A stretch of 50,763 bases of DNA from Candidatus Hydrogenedentota bacterium. Lineage in GTDB: Bacteria > Hydrogenedentota > Hydrogenedentia > Hydrogenedentales > JAEUWI01. The stretch's first letter is position 1. Each line of letters opens with the position of its first letter. Positions 9,541-19,038 of the stretch are shown one piece after another. The notes beneath the pieces are model-generated. The model had not been told where the DNA came from, did no database searches, and saw nothing but the letters and a program-made list of their open reading frames with translations. A program made the position numbers and the translations under genes. Location: assembly GCA_034669905.1 (NCBI GenBank), contig JAXMOL010000053.1, positions 1 through 50,763 on the forward strand, written 5' to 3'.

Positions 9541-10953
9541 CTACCGATAGTGTCGTCCCTTGGGGGCATCGGGCTCGATCTGGGGTGGGGCTTCGCTGTG
9601 ACTGGCATCCAGCAAGGCGTAGAGTTTCGCTACCATATCAGGGTGGGATGCGGCCACGTTGGTGGTCTCCGCGACGTCAACCTGGAGATCGTAGAGTTCC
9701 AGGGGGGACTGGGGGCTCCGTTGTACGGCTTTCCAACGCCCCAAACGGCCGGAACGTTGGCCGCCCTGATCTTCCCAATAGAGAAAACGGTCGCGCTTTA
9801 ATTCGGTGTCGTCCTTGCCGGTGAGCGTTGCAGCGAGGGACAGGCCATCGACGTCCGGGGGCACGGCGGCGTCGGCCCCTGCCAAGGTGGCGAAGGTGGG
9901 CAGGTAATCCATGAAGTGGAAGGGCATATGATTTTCGGTGCCCGGCTTCAGCATGCCCGGCCAGTGGGCAATGGTCGGTACCCGAATCCCCCCTTCATAT
10001 TGGTCATACTTGTAACCCCGGAGTCCGCCGTTGGCATTGAAGAAATCGGCATTGGCGATGGGGTAGCGGTCCGCCCCATTGTCGGACGTGAAGATGACCA
10101 GGGTGTTCTCCGCAAGCCCCTTGGCTTTTAGGGCATCCAACACCTGCCCCACGCCTTGGTCCATGTGGGAAATCATGCCGGCCATGGTGGCCTTGGGCGC
10201 GTCGGGGGTGTAATAGCCCTGACGCCAGGTTTCTTCCGGCCGTTCCTCGGGGAATTTGCCGAGATAGGGGGCCACCGATTCTTCCGGCGCTACCCATTCG
10301 TGGTGGGGGATGGCCACGGAGATAAAACAATAAAAGGGTTGGGCCTCATCGGCTGCGATAAATTCCAGGGCCTTTTCCATGATGGTGTCGTGCACGTAGG
10401 TCTTCCGCGCCCCGTTCCAATTCTCGGGGAAGGGGTAGCGTTCCTCGTTGTGCCAGAGATAATCGGTGTGATAGGAATGGGCGTGGCGCTGGTGCAGGTA
10501 GCCGAAGAATTCATCGAAGCCCTGTTTGTTGGGTACACCCGTCGTGTCCGCATCCCCAAGTCCCCATTTTCCGAAGAGTCCCGTGCGATAGCCTGCGGTC
10601 TTGAGTACTTCGGCCACGGTGACATCTTCATCCCGCAGGGCGATGCCGCCGCTATTTCCGCGCACGGGGGTGTGGCCCCCATGATAACCGGTCATGAGAA
10701 TGCTGCGGGCGGCCGCGCAAAGGGCGGCTCCGGAGTAGGATTGGGTAAAGCGCATGCCTTCCTCGGCCATGCGATCGAGGTGGGGCGTCTTGATTTTGGT
10801 CTGGCCATAGCTGCCCAGGTGCCCATAGCCCAAGTCATCGGCCATGATAAAGACGATATTGGGGCGGGGGGCGGCCTGGGAAGAGGGCGCCAGCAACAGG
10901 GCTGCGGTCAACATGATGCCCGCGAGTGTTCTCAGACTCCTGTAAATAACCAT
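9541..10953 (-). CDS. Arylsulfatase (S1) with a CxAxR variant motif
   Basis: PNIVFIMADDLGYG, CAAARSILMTG, GKWGLG, TSDNG, YEGGIRVP; RBS favours start 10953 (alternative 10977). Confidence 0.9.
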   Translation of the reverse strand: MVIYRSLRTLAGIMLTAALLLAPSSQAAPRPNIVFIMADDLGYGHLGSYGQTKIKTPHLDRMAEEGMRFTQSYSGAALCAAARSILMTGYHGGHTPVRGNSGGIALRDEDVTVAEVLKTAGYRTGLFGKWGLGDADTTGVPNKQGFDEFFGYLHQRHAHSYHTDYLWHNEERYPFPENWNGARKTYVHDTIMEKALEFIAADEAQPFYCFISVAIPHHEWVAPEESVAPYLGKFPEERPEETWRQGYYTPDAPKATMAGMISHMDQGVGQVLDALKAKGLAENTLVIFTSDNGADRYPIANADFFNANGGLRGYKYDQYEGGIRVPTIAHWPGMLKPGTENHMPFHFMDYLPTFATLAGADAAVPPDVDGLSLAATLTGKDDTELKRDRFLYWEDQGGQRSGRLGRWKAVQRSPQSPLELYDLQVDVAETTNVAASHPDMVAKLYALLDASHSEAPPQIEPDAPKGRHYR

Positions 10954-11219
10954 GTGCGATTCACCTTCTCGTTTCATCCGTTGGCTGTTGACTCACACTA
11001 CATGAACCGTCTCGATGGTAGAGAACGGCGAGTACGAATTCAATAGCCCAACGGGGAGGGGCGCTCACAGGGCTTTCGCAACCGCCCGTTGCTGCGCTGG
11101 CACGCGACCGTGTTTTCGGGGCAGGTTGTTACGGAGTGTGCTTTCTGCCAGAATTGTCTCGAAGAAGCCTGCTCAGGGAGCAGGTTAACTGCGAACACGA
11201 CTGCGGGAGAATTTAACGA

Positions 11220-13055
11220 ATGCGTCTGGTTTTAACGGCCCTACTGTGTACCCTTTCCTTTGCGGCATTTTCAGCACCCGAGAAAGTGGTCTCGCCCGAC
11301 GGGCGGCTGGTGATTAGCTTCGAGGATATGACCTGGGGGATAACGTGGGACGGAAACACTATCCTGCAGCCATCGGTTCTGGATTTGGAGCTGGCCGGTC
11401 AGGCGCCCCTTTCTGAGGGGGCCACGGTGCAGGATGTTACACGCCGTCGCGTGGACCAGATGTGGACTCCGGTGCTGGGTGAACGGAGTTCGATTCGAGA
11501 CCACTTCAACGAGATGGCCATTACCCTTCGCCGTGCCGCAGGATTTCCCCGGTACTACACCGTAACCATTCGTGCCTACGATGAGGGCGCTGCGGTGGCC
11601 TATACCATTCCGGAGCAGGAAGCTTCAGAAACCTTCACCGTTCAACGGGAGCGAACCCAGTTTCGTTTTTCGGAGGACTATCTGGGCTATGCCGCGTATT
11701 CTGCCCAGGGACTCTACGAGGCCGTGCCGCTCAGTGGCGTACGTGAAAATTGCGAGCGCCCCATGACCATCGAGATGGGGCAGGACCAGTTTGCTGCCAT
11801 TGCCGAAGCGCGTCTGGTGGACTACGCCCGGATGCGGCTCCGGCCGTCACCGGGCGTCGACTACGCGCTGGAAGCCCACCTCGCCGGCACGGTAAAGGCG
11901 GAAAAATCCCTCACGACTCCCTGGCGCGTGGTCATGGTCGGCAAGACACCGGGGGCGCTCCTGGAGCAAAACTATCTTATCCTCAATCTGAATGACCCCT
12001 GCGCGATCGAGGACACGTCCTGGATAAAGCCGGGGACGGTTATTCGTGAGGTGACCCTGACCAATGGAGGCGCTAAGGCCTGTGTCGACTTTGCCGTTTC
12101 CCAGGGGCTCGACTATATTCATCTGGATGCGGGTTGGTACGGCCACGAATACGACGCCGAGCAAGATGCCACCACGGTCACAGTGGACCCGAAGCGGAAC
12201 CCCGACTCCGACCTCGACATCCACGAGGTCATCCGCTACGCGGAATCCAAGGGTATCGGTGTGTGGGTTTATGTGAACCAGCGGCATCTCAGCAAACAAC
12301 TGGACGAAATTCTGCCGCTTTACAAAGCATGGGGGCTCAAAGGCATCAAGTACGGGTTTGTAAACGTAGGGAGCCAGGAGGCAACAGCGTGGCTTCACGA
12401 GGCGATTCGCAAGGCGGCGGAGCACGAGCTCATGGTCGATGTTCACGACGAATATCGTATGACCGGCGTTGAGCGTACCTACCCGAACCTCCTTACGGTG
12501 GAAGGTATTCGGGGCAATGAGGAGATGCCACCGTCGGAGAGTAATTTGACCCTGCCCTTTACCCGCATGCTGTGCGGCGCGGGGGACTACACGATTTGCT
12601 GGTATACCACGCGAATCAAAACAACCCACGCCCATCAGCTGGCGGCCGCAATCGTCTTTTACAGTCCGCTCGAGTTTCTCTACTGGTACGACAAGCCCGC
12701 CCAATACCAGAACGAGCCCGAAACCGCCTTTTTCCGGAATCTACCCACCACCTGGGACGAGACCCGTGTGCTGGGAGGTAAAATCGGTCACTACATCACC
12801 ATGGCGCGACGAAAAGGGGCTACGTGGTACCTTGTCAGCATGAATGCCCAAGCGCAGCGTTCGCTGGACATCCCCCTGGACTTTCTGGAAGAGGGAACGT
12901 CCTACGAGGCCTTCATCGGTGCCGATGCCTACCCCGAAGGCGGCGATCCCTTTGCGGTCACCGTAATTGAAAGGGTGCTTTCCCGCACGGATAGCCTTCG
13001 CGCCACCATGGCCGCTAATGGGGGCTATGCGGTGAAGCTGACGCCGAAGGAGTAG
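11220..13055 (+). CDS. Glycoside hydrolase family 97 protein
   Basis: SPDG N-domain, TTPWRV, DTSWIKPG, LDAGWY, RTYPN, EGIRGNE, LPFTRMLCGAGDYT, PTTWDET. Confidence 0.9.
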   Translation: MRLVLTALLCTLSFAAFSAPEKVVSPDGRLVISFEDMTWGITWDGNTILQPSVLDLELAGQAPLSEGATVQDVTRRRVDQMWTPVLGERSSIRDHFNEMAITLRRAAGFPRYYTVTIRAYDEGAAVAYTIPEQEASETFTVQRERTQFRFSEDYLGYAAYSAQGLYEAVPLSGVRENCERPMTIEMGQDQFAAIAEARLVDYARMRLRPSPGVDYALEAHLAGTVKAEKSLTTPWRVVMVGKTPGALLEQNYLILNLNDPCAIEDTSWIKPGTVIREVTLTNGGAKACVDFAVSQGLDYIHLDAGWYGHEYDAEQDATTVTVDPKRNPDSDLDIHEVIRYAESKGIGVWVYVNQRHLSKQLDEILPLYKAWGLKGIKYGFVNVGSQEATAWLHEAIRKAAEHELMVDVHDEYRMTGVERTYPNLLTVEGIRGNEEMPPSESNLTLPFTRMLCGAGDYTICWYTTRIKTTHAHQLAAAIVFYSPLEFLYWYDKPAQYQNEPETAFFRNLPTTWDETRVLGGKIGHYITMARRKGATWYLVSMNAQAQRSLDIPLDFLEEGTSYEAFIGADAYPEGGDPFAVTVIERVLSRTDSLRATMAANGGYAVKLTPKE

Positions 13056-13173
13056 CCTGTTTGAACCGTGTTTCCCACGATTCCCTGCGGTCTCGACGGT
13101 CTTTTCCTGCATCCTGACCACGAAACGCCCGGGAGACGGCGCCTCATAGCGCCCTTTATCCCGGAAAAATCAC

Positions 13174-13202
13174 TTGCCATGCGGGGTATTCCGGGGTATA
13201 CT
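13174..13202 (+). promoter_or_regulatory. Putative sigma-70 promoter of the small YjfB-like gene
   Basis: TTGCCA-17 bp-TATACT; GGAGGG RBS downstream. Confidence 0.6.
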
Positions 13203-13244
13203 TGAAGGTAGAAACAGCAACGATTACCACGGAGGGTATTCACT

Positions 13245-13427
13245 ATGGCTGGAATATCGGGTGTCGGTGGTGCGGCCTTGTCGGCCCAGCAAATCGACAT
13301 ACAACGGAGTGTGCAGTCGGCAAAGCTCCTTAAAGATGCCGCGGAACTCGAAGGTGATCTGGCGTTGAAGCTACTTCAATCCGCACAGGTTACGGGTACC
13401 GGACAGAATATTAATATCCAAGTCTAA
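13245..13427 (+). CDS. Small YjfB-like protein (putative motility protein family)
   Basis: 60 aa, KLLKDA...ALKLLQS...GQNINIQV pattern; has its own promoter, RBS and terminator. Confidence 0.7.
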   Translation: MAGISGVGGAALSAQQIDIQRSVQSAKLLKDAAELEGDLALKLLQSAQVTGTGQNINIQV

Positions 13428-13434
13428 CGACCAT

Positions 13435-13455
13435 ACCCGATCGCGTTGGGTTTTT
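13435..13455 (+). terminator. Possible intrinsic terminator
   Basis: ACCCGA-loop-TTGGGT followed by a T tract. Confidence 0.45.
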
Positions 13456-13594
13456 GTTGGGCGCGCCCCGTTGCGGTGGGCCGTAGAGTAAATAATCGCA
13501 ATTTTGACAGGCGTAGTGTGCTGATGCACGCGACGCCTGTTTCTGTAAATTATCGGGCTGCATCGGGCCATAGCCGGTGCTGGAAAGTGCTTGT

Positions 13595-15886
13595 ATGAGG
13601 TTCGTCGGGGTTCGTCTTGTTGTGCTGATGACGTTGGTGGGAGCGTATGCCATTACCGCCTCGGCGGATATTTCGGTCTTGCCCACGGGGCCGGGGGAGC
13701 CCGCCGTGGCCAGTCTCCATTTCCCCGACCGGGCCCACGAGTTTGTCTGGCGGAATTGGAACGCCGTACCCCCGCCCAAAATTGCCGAAATACTGGGGAC
13801 GGGGGTCGACGAAGTGACCGCCCTGGCCGTCTCCATGGGACTCCCCGCCGAGGCCCACGTGCCCCCAGCCATGCGGGAGCGGGGCTATGTGTCGCTCATT
13901 CGCCGGAACTGGCACCTCTTACCCTACGAGCAATTGCTTCAACTGCTGGACATGACAGCCGAGCGGCTCGATGTCATGTTGCGGGAAGAAGATTTCCTCT
14001 GGATTAAACTGGGCCGCACGAAGCCCCACTGCGAGCCGGTCCACTATGAAGCCCCCAATGAGGCGGCGAAAGTGCGTGCCGCAGCGATTCGTTCGGTAGT
14101 AGAGTCCGAATTTGGTGCCGCTCTACAGGCTCCCGGCGAAGCGCGCTTCGAATTTGTGCGACGGCTCAGCGCGCCGATGGTCGGTTTTACGCCCCCGGAA
14201 CCCACCGAGTTCCAGCGCATTGTCCATTCCTATGTGGCCGTGTTTGGGGACCCCTTGCTGGACCCCGCCCTCGATCCTTATCCCGACGGTTTCTTGCAGC
14301 GCCTGGCGGACAACGGCATTAACGGGGTGTGGCTCCACGCCGTCCTTCGCGACATGGCCCCCGGTGGCGACGCCTTCCCGGAGTTTGGAGAAGACCACGC
14401 AGTGCGGCTGGCCAACCTGCGAAAGATGGTGGACCGGGCCGCAAAATTCGGCGTCAAGATCTACCTCTACATCAACGAGCCCCGGGGGATGCCCGAGGCC
14501 TTCTTCGAGCATCGTAAGGAAATGGCGGGTGTGACCAGTGGCGAGCTAACGGCCCTGTGCACCTCCGTGCCCGAAGTGCGCCAGTGGCTGGGGGATTCCC
14601 TCGCCCATGTGTTCCGGGAAGTGCCCGGGCTGGGCGGCATCTACGCCATTTCGGCCTCCGAAAACCTGACCAATTGTGCTTCCCATGGTGGCTGGAAGGG
14701 CTGCGAGCGCTGCAAGGAACGAAGTGATGCGGACATTCTTGCGGAAGTGGTATCCGTACTGGAGGAAGGTGTCCATCGCGGTAATCCTGAGGCCAACGTG
14801 CTCATTTCCGATTGGGGATGGCGGGGACATGGGGATTCCCGGGAAATCATTCCGCTCTTGCCCGAAGATATCTGGCTTATGTCCGTCAGCGAGTGGCACC
14901 TGCCCATCGAACGGGGTGGGGTAAAGTCCGCCGTGGGTGAATACTCTATTTCTTCCGTAGGACCCGGCCCCCGTGCCGTGCCCCACTGGAAAGCGGCCCA
15001 GGAGCGGGGCCTGAAGACGGGCACCGAGATTCAGTTTAACAACACGTGTGAGATCGCGACCGTACCCTACCTGCCGGTGATGGATTTGGTCGCTGAGCAC
15101 TGCAACAACCTGGTGACCGAAGCCAACCTGAATGCCATGTTCATTGGCTGGACCATGGGCGGCCATCCCTCGCCCAACATTGATCTGGCCCAGCGTCTCA
15201 TGCGCACGCCGTCGCCCAGTGTAGATACGGTGCTCAATGAGATTGCCTTCGAACGCTATGGCGCGAAGGGGGCACCCCTCGCCCGCGAAGCCTGGACCGC
15301 CATGAGCGAAGCCTTTCGGGAGTATCCCTTTCACATCAGCGTGGTCTACACCTGTCCCGTGCAATGGGGCTCGGCCAATCCCATGTATTTGAAGGACACC
15401 CACTACAGCGCCACCATGTGGGGATTGCCCTACGACGACTTGAAGGGGTGGCGCGGACCGTACCCGGAAGCTGTATTCGCCGAACAATTCGAGAAAGTAG
15501 TTGCCGGTTGGCGTCCGGGTATTGCCATCCTGGAACAAGCGGTAGCGGAGGCGCCTGCGGCCATGCGGCTCGAAGTCTTAACCGACTTGCGCTACGCCAA
15601 GGCGGCGGCCAATCATTTTCAGGCCGTGGCCAACCAGGCCCGCTTTGTGGCGGCGCGAGACGCCTTATCCAATCCCGAGGCCACACTTTCGGATGCCGAC
15701 AAAGCAGCGCTCAAGACCCAGATGAAGGCCGCATTGGAATCGGAAATTGTCCTGGCCAAAGAGCTTTACGGACTGGTGAAAGAGGACTCGCGCATCGGAT
15801 TCGAGCCCTCGTGCCAGTATTTCTACCTGCCCCTCGATCTCGTGGAGAAGGTGGTCAACTGCCGCTGGATTCTGGAGAATATGTAG
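13595..15886 (+). CDS. Secreted hypothetical glycoside-hydrolase-like protein; paralog of 2722..5034
   Basis: ~763 aa with signal peptide; GINGVWL, YLYINEP, EYSISSVGP, VPYLP, DSRIGFE. Confidence 0.75.
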   Translation: MRFVGVRLVVLMTLVGAYAITASADISVLPTGPGEPAVASLHFPDRAHEFVWRNWNAVPPPKIAEILGTGVDEVTALAVSMGLPAEAHVPPAMRERGYVSLIRRNWHLLPYEQLLQLLDMTAERLDVMLREEDFLWIKLGRTKPHCEPVHYEAPNEAAKVRAAAIRSVVESEFGAALQAPGEARFEFVRRLSAPMVGFTPPEPTEFQRIVHSYVAVFGDPLLDPALDPYPDGFLQRLADNGINGVWLHAVLRDMAPGGDAFPEFGEDHAVRLANLRKMVDRAAKFGVKIYLYINEPRGMPEAFFEHRKEMAGVTSGELTALCTSVPEVRQWLGDSLAHVFREVPGLGGIYAISASENLTNCASHGGWKGCERCKERSDADILAEVVSVLEEGVHRGNPEANVLISDWGWRGHGDSREIIPLLPEDIWLMSVSEWHLPIERGGVKSAVGEYSISSVGPGPRAVPHWKAAQERGLKTGTEIQFNNTCEIATVPYLPVMDLVAEHCNNLVTEANLNAMFIGWTMGGHPSPNIDLAQRLMRTPSPSVDTVLNEIAFERYGAKGAPLAREAWTAMSEAFREYPFHISVVYTCPVQWGSANPMYLKDTHYSATMWGLPYDDLKGWRGPYPEAVFAEQFEKVVAGWRPGIAILEQAVAEAPAAMRLEVLTDLRYAKAAANHFQAVANQARFVAARDALSNPEATLSDADKAALKTQMKAALESEIVLAKELYGLVKEDSRIGFEPSCQYFYLPLDLVEKVVNCRWILENM

Positions 15887-15914
15887 CCATCCCAGATGGG
15901 GGCGCACGGTGGGG
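15767..15914 (+). repeat. 148-bp direct repeat, copy 1 (last 39 codons and stop of the upstream gene, plus 28 bp)
   Basis: Identical to 16849..16996 except for two synonymous changes. Confidence 0.95.
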
Positions 15915-15979
15915 ATAGTGGGTTAGCCGTCTCGGCTGACATGTCCCGTCTATGGACATTTCGGGGAACGATAGTCAAG

Positions 15980-16765
15980 ATGCTCGAGCATGAACGACAA
16001 GGGCTCGCCGAGAAAATTACCTGTCTCGCGGGTGAAATGGATGCCGTAGCAGTAAAGGCTATGGTCGCTCAATATCCGGGCATATTGGGTTGGACGCATC
16101 TCTGGGGGGAGACCCCATTGCTCTATTGTGTAATGGAACACCAGATTGACGCCGTGAAACTATTGGTCGAACTGGGCGGCGACGTTAACGCCGTGGATGA
16201 CAGTGGCACTCCGCCTCTGGTGACCTGGTGTCAAATGAAATACCTGGAATTAGCCAAGGTCCTATTGGATAACGGGGCAGACCCCGATGGCTGCGACCAA
16301 CATGAAAACGCGCTCTTCCACGCAATATCCAGTCACGACGTAAGCATGGTTGAACTCCTGTTGAACTACAATGCGAATCCCAATGTCCGAAATTTTTGTG
16401 GAGTCTGGGCGTTGTTTGAAGCAATATACGAGAAAGACTATGCCATTGCGGAACTGCTCCTTGCGCGTGGTGCCGATCCCAATGTCGACGACGACACGGG
16501 TGATTCGCTGCACTACCTGATTTATTCCGAAATGGAAATTGAGCCAATTCCGTACTACGAATTGCTTGCTGCACACCATGCGGATTTGCTCCGAATCGGT
16601 GCGAGCGCTAAGCACCCCCTGTTTCTGGCTATTGGTAACGGAGATATCGAAGTTACACGATACTTTCTTAACAAAGGGATGGCTCTCCAGGCAAAGGACG
16701 AGGATGGTGATACCGTCGAAAAACTCCTGAGAATGGCGGGGATTCGCGAGCAGGTGTTGGTGTGA
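15980..16765 (+). CDS. Ankyrin repeat protein
   Basis: GETPLLY, GDVNAVDDSGTPPL, GADPD, NANPN, GADPN repeats; start uncertain (15896, 15941 or 15980). Confidence 0.85.
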   Translation: MLEHERQGLAEKITCLAGEMDAVAVKAMVAQYPGILGWTHLWGETPLLYCVMEHQIDAVKLLVELGGDVNAVDDSGTPPLVTWCQMKYLELAKVLLDNGADPDGCDQHENALFHAISSHDVSMVELLLNYNANPNVRNFCGVWALFEAIYEKDYAIAELLLARGADPNVDDDTGDSLHYLIYSEMEIEPIPYYELLAAHHADLLRIGASAKHPLFLAIGNGDIEVTRYFLNKGMALQAKDEDGDTVEKLLRMAGIREQVLV

Positions 16766-16848
16766 TTCGATAGGTCCAAAGGAGCTGCCGAGTGTGCTCT
16801 GCACAATGCTGGTCGGGTCCGATGGTTGTCGAGTTAACAAAAGAAATC

Positions 16849-16996
16849 TACGGACTGGTGAAAGAGGATTCGCGCATCGGTTTCGAGCCCTCGTGCCAGT
16901 ATTTCTACCTGCCCCTCGATCTCGTGGAGAAGGTGGTCAACTGCCGCTGGATTCTGGAGAATATGTAGCCATCCCAGATGGGGGCGCACGGTGGGG
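16849..16996 (+). repeat. 148-bp direct repeat, copy 2 (orphan duplicate of the 3' end of the 13595..15886 gene)
   Basis: Encodes YGLVKEDSRIGFEPSCQYFYLPLDLVEKVVNCRWILENM* again. Confidence 0.95.
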
Positions 16997-16999
16997 CCG

Positions 17000-17590
17000 T
17001 CAATATACCAGCGCGTATTTGACGTACGCCGGGAATTCGCGCAGGGTGCTGTAGATGTCCCGTCGGGTGTACAGGGTGGAGTGGGCCGCGCCAACCCGTG
17101 TTACCCCCAGCTTGCCCAGGATGAGCCGCGTGCGGCTGATGTGGAAGAATTGACTGACGATGATTACAGATTCCATTTGCCGGGCCTCTGCAATAGCGGC
17201 GAAATTCCGGGCGCTTTGGTAGGTGTTGCTTCCTTCATTGTCGATAGTCACCGACGTCTCGGGAACGCCCTGCGTGGTCAGGTATACGGCCATGGCACTT
17301 CCTTCCCAGTGTCCTTCTTTCCCCAGACCGCCACTGACCACGAGGTGGGGGACGATCCCGTCCTCGTAGAGTTTCAGGCCCCGATCGAGGCGTGCGCGCA
17401 GTCGATCCGATAGGGAGCCGTCCGGGAAGACCGTACTTCCGAGAATGAGTGCCGCATCGGCGGGGAATACTTCGTCGGTGAAGCCATTGTAGACGATCGC
17501 GATTTCCGTGAGGATGAACAGGGCGATGCCGAGGCTCGTGGCCAGTAGCAGGGTGATTAGGAGGCGCTTTTTCAGGGGGCGTTTGGGCAT
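17000..17590 (-). CDS. YdcF/DUF218 (SanA/ElyC-like) family protein
   Basis: N-terminal TM; ADAALILG, RLDRG, VSGG, NTYQSA, VSQFFHISR; likely start at MPKRP (17590). Confidence 0.85.
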   Translation of the reverse strand: MPKRPLKKRLLITLLLATSLGIALFILTEIAIVYNGFTDEVFPADAALILGSTVFPDGSLSDRLRARLDRGLKLYEDGIVPHLVVSGGLGKEGHWEGSAMAVYLTTQGVPETSVTIDNEGSNTYQSARNFAAIAEARQMESVIIVSQFFHISRTRLILGKLGVTRVGAAHSTLYTRRDIYSTLREFPAYVKYALVY

Positions 17591-17716
17591 GGGGACTTCT
17601 ATCCACCCTGGTTTGGAATAGTTCCGTCGGTCGGGCGGGCTGGAATCCCACCGGGCAACGGGAGGCTCCGACGTGCTATACTTCTCGACTCCAACAACCC
17701 CAAGAAGGAATGTGTT

Positions 17717-18409
17717 TTGTCGAATCAAACCGAACTGATTACCGTTCTCGATGTGGATACACGCGAGGAAGCCCTGCGTATTATCGAGGCGAGTGAAGGC
17801 TGCGATTGGTATAAGATCGGCTCCCAGTTGTTCACCCGCTGCGGCCCCGATATCGTCCGGGAAGTGCTGGGTATGGGCCGTAAGGTCTTTTTGGACCTCA
17901 AGTTCCACGATATTCCCAATACGGTGGCCCACGGTGCCAGCGCCGCAGCCTCCCTGGATGTGGGGCTCTTTACGCTCCATGCGAGTGGGGGCCACAACAT
18001 GATTAAGGCCGCCCGGGAGGCCGTAGAAGGCACGGAGACGCGTATTCTGGCGGTGACGATTCTGACGAGCTTTACCGACGACCAATTGCGCGACGAGGTG
18101 GGCCTGCAGGAAACGGCGGCCCAGGCCGTGCCCCGTCTGGCCAAGATGGCGGTAGACGCCGGTGCCCACGGTATCGTATGTTCGCCCCAGGAGATTCAGT
18201 TGGTGCGGGAGGCCGTCGGCCCCGAACCCCTCGTGGTCACACCGGGCATCCGACCGGCGTGGTCCAGCAAAGACGACCAGGCCCGTATCATGACGCCCAG
18301 CGATGCTGCGAAAGCGGGCGCTTCCATGATTGTGGTGGGACGCCCCATCCTGAAACACGAAAACCCAGCTGAAGCCGTTCGCCTTATCAAGCAGGAGCTT
18401 GCCCAATGA
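17717..18409 (+). CDS. pyrF: Orotidine-5'-phosphate decarboxylase
   Basis: FLDLKFHDIPNT signature; VTPGIRP; DDQARI; VVGRPI. Confidence 0.97.
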   Translation: MSNQTELITVLDVDTREEALRIIEASEGCDWYKIGSQLFTRCGPDIVREVLGMGRKVFLDLKFHDIPNTVAHGASAAASLDVGLFTLHASGGHNMIKAAREAVEGTETRILAVTILTSFTDDQLRDEVGLQETAAQAVPRLAKMAVDAGAHGIVCSPQEIQLVREAVGPEPLVVTPGIRPAWSSKDDQARIMTPSDAAKAGASMIVVGRPILKHENPAEAVRLIKQELAQ

Positions 18410-18981
18410 CCGAAGCCGAAGTAATCACATCCTTTAAAGAAGTCGGGGCCCTGCTGGAAGGGCACTTTATCTACGCCAGTGGCCGGCACGGGGAGCAATT
18501 CCTTCAGGCGGCCCGCGTACTCCAGTACCCTGAGCATACTCAGCGTCTGTGTGCGGCCATGGCCGATCAGTTTCGGGACGAAAACATCGAGCTGGTGGTG
18601 GGACCGGCGACGGGTGGCATCATCCTGGCCTACGAAACGGCCCGGAGCCTGGGTTGCCGCGGTGTTTTTGCGGAAAAGGAACCGGACGGTAGTATGGCGG
18701 TGAAACGGGGCTTCGCCGTGAAAGAGGGCACCCGCGTCCTGGTAGTGGAAGATATTATCACCACCGGTGGTTCTGTCTTGAAGACCATCCAGCACCTCGA
18801 AGGTCGGGGTGTCGAGCTCGTGGGGGTATCCGCGCTCATCGACCGGAGTGGGGGAAAGGCCGATTTTAAATACCCTTACAGGCCCATTGCCCGCCTGAAC
18901 ATGCAGAGTTGGGCCGCGGACGAAGTGCCGGAAGCCCTGGCGGCGAAGCCGGTATTGGAGCCCGACGATCTCGTAATTTAG
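18406..18981 (+). CDS. pyrE: Orotate phosphoribosyltransferase
   Basis: GHFIYASGRH; PRPP motif VLVVEDIITTGGS; ATGA overlap with pyrF. Confidence 0.95.
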   Translation: MTEAEVITSFKEVGALLEGHFIYASGRHGEQFLQAARVLQYPEHTQRLCAAMADQFRDENIELVVGPATGGIILAYETARSLGCRGVFAEKEPDGSMAVKRGFAVKEGTRVLVVEDIITTGGSVLKTIQHLEGRGVELVGVSALIDRSGGKADFKYPYRPIARLNMQSWAADEVPEALAAKPVLEPDDLVI

Positions 18982-19000
18982 GCGCGACAGCACTTAATTT

Positions 19001-19038
19001 AAGGACGCGAAGGTAATTTACCTTCGCGTCCTTTTTTT
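19001..19038 (+). terminator. Intrinsic terminator of pyrFE
   Basis: AAGGACGCGAAGGTAA / TTACCTTCGCGTCCTT perfect inverted repeat plus T tract. Confidence 0.9.

Noticed and set aside
11098..11113. Additional sigma-54 sites (TGGCACG here, and near 38251 and 47319)
   Set aside because: They lack the TTGC -12 element at the required spacing.
15767..16996. Diversity-generating retroelement VR/TR pair
   Set aside because: The mismatches inside the repeat are two synonymous changes at T positions of copy 2, not adenine-specific, and there is no reverse transcriptase in the window.
17591..18406. N-terminal extension of the 468-aa minus-strand ORF
   Set aside because: It is antisense to pyrF. The recognisable YdcF protein starts at 17590.
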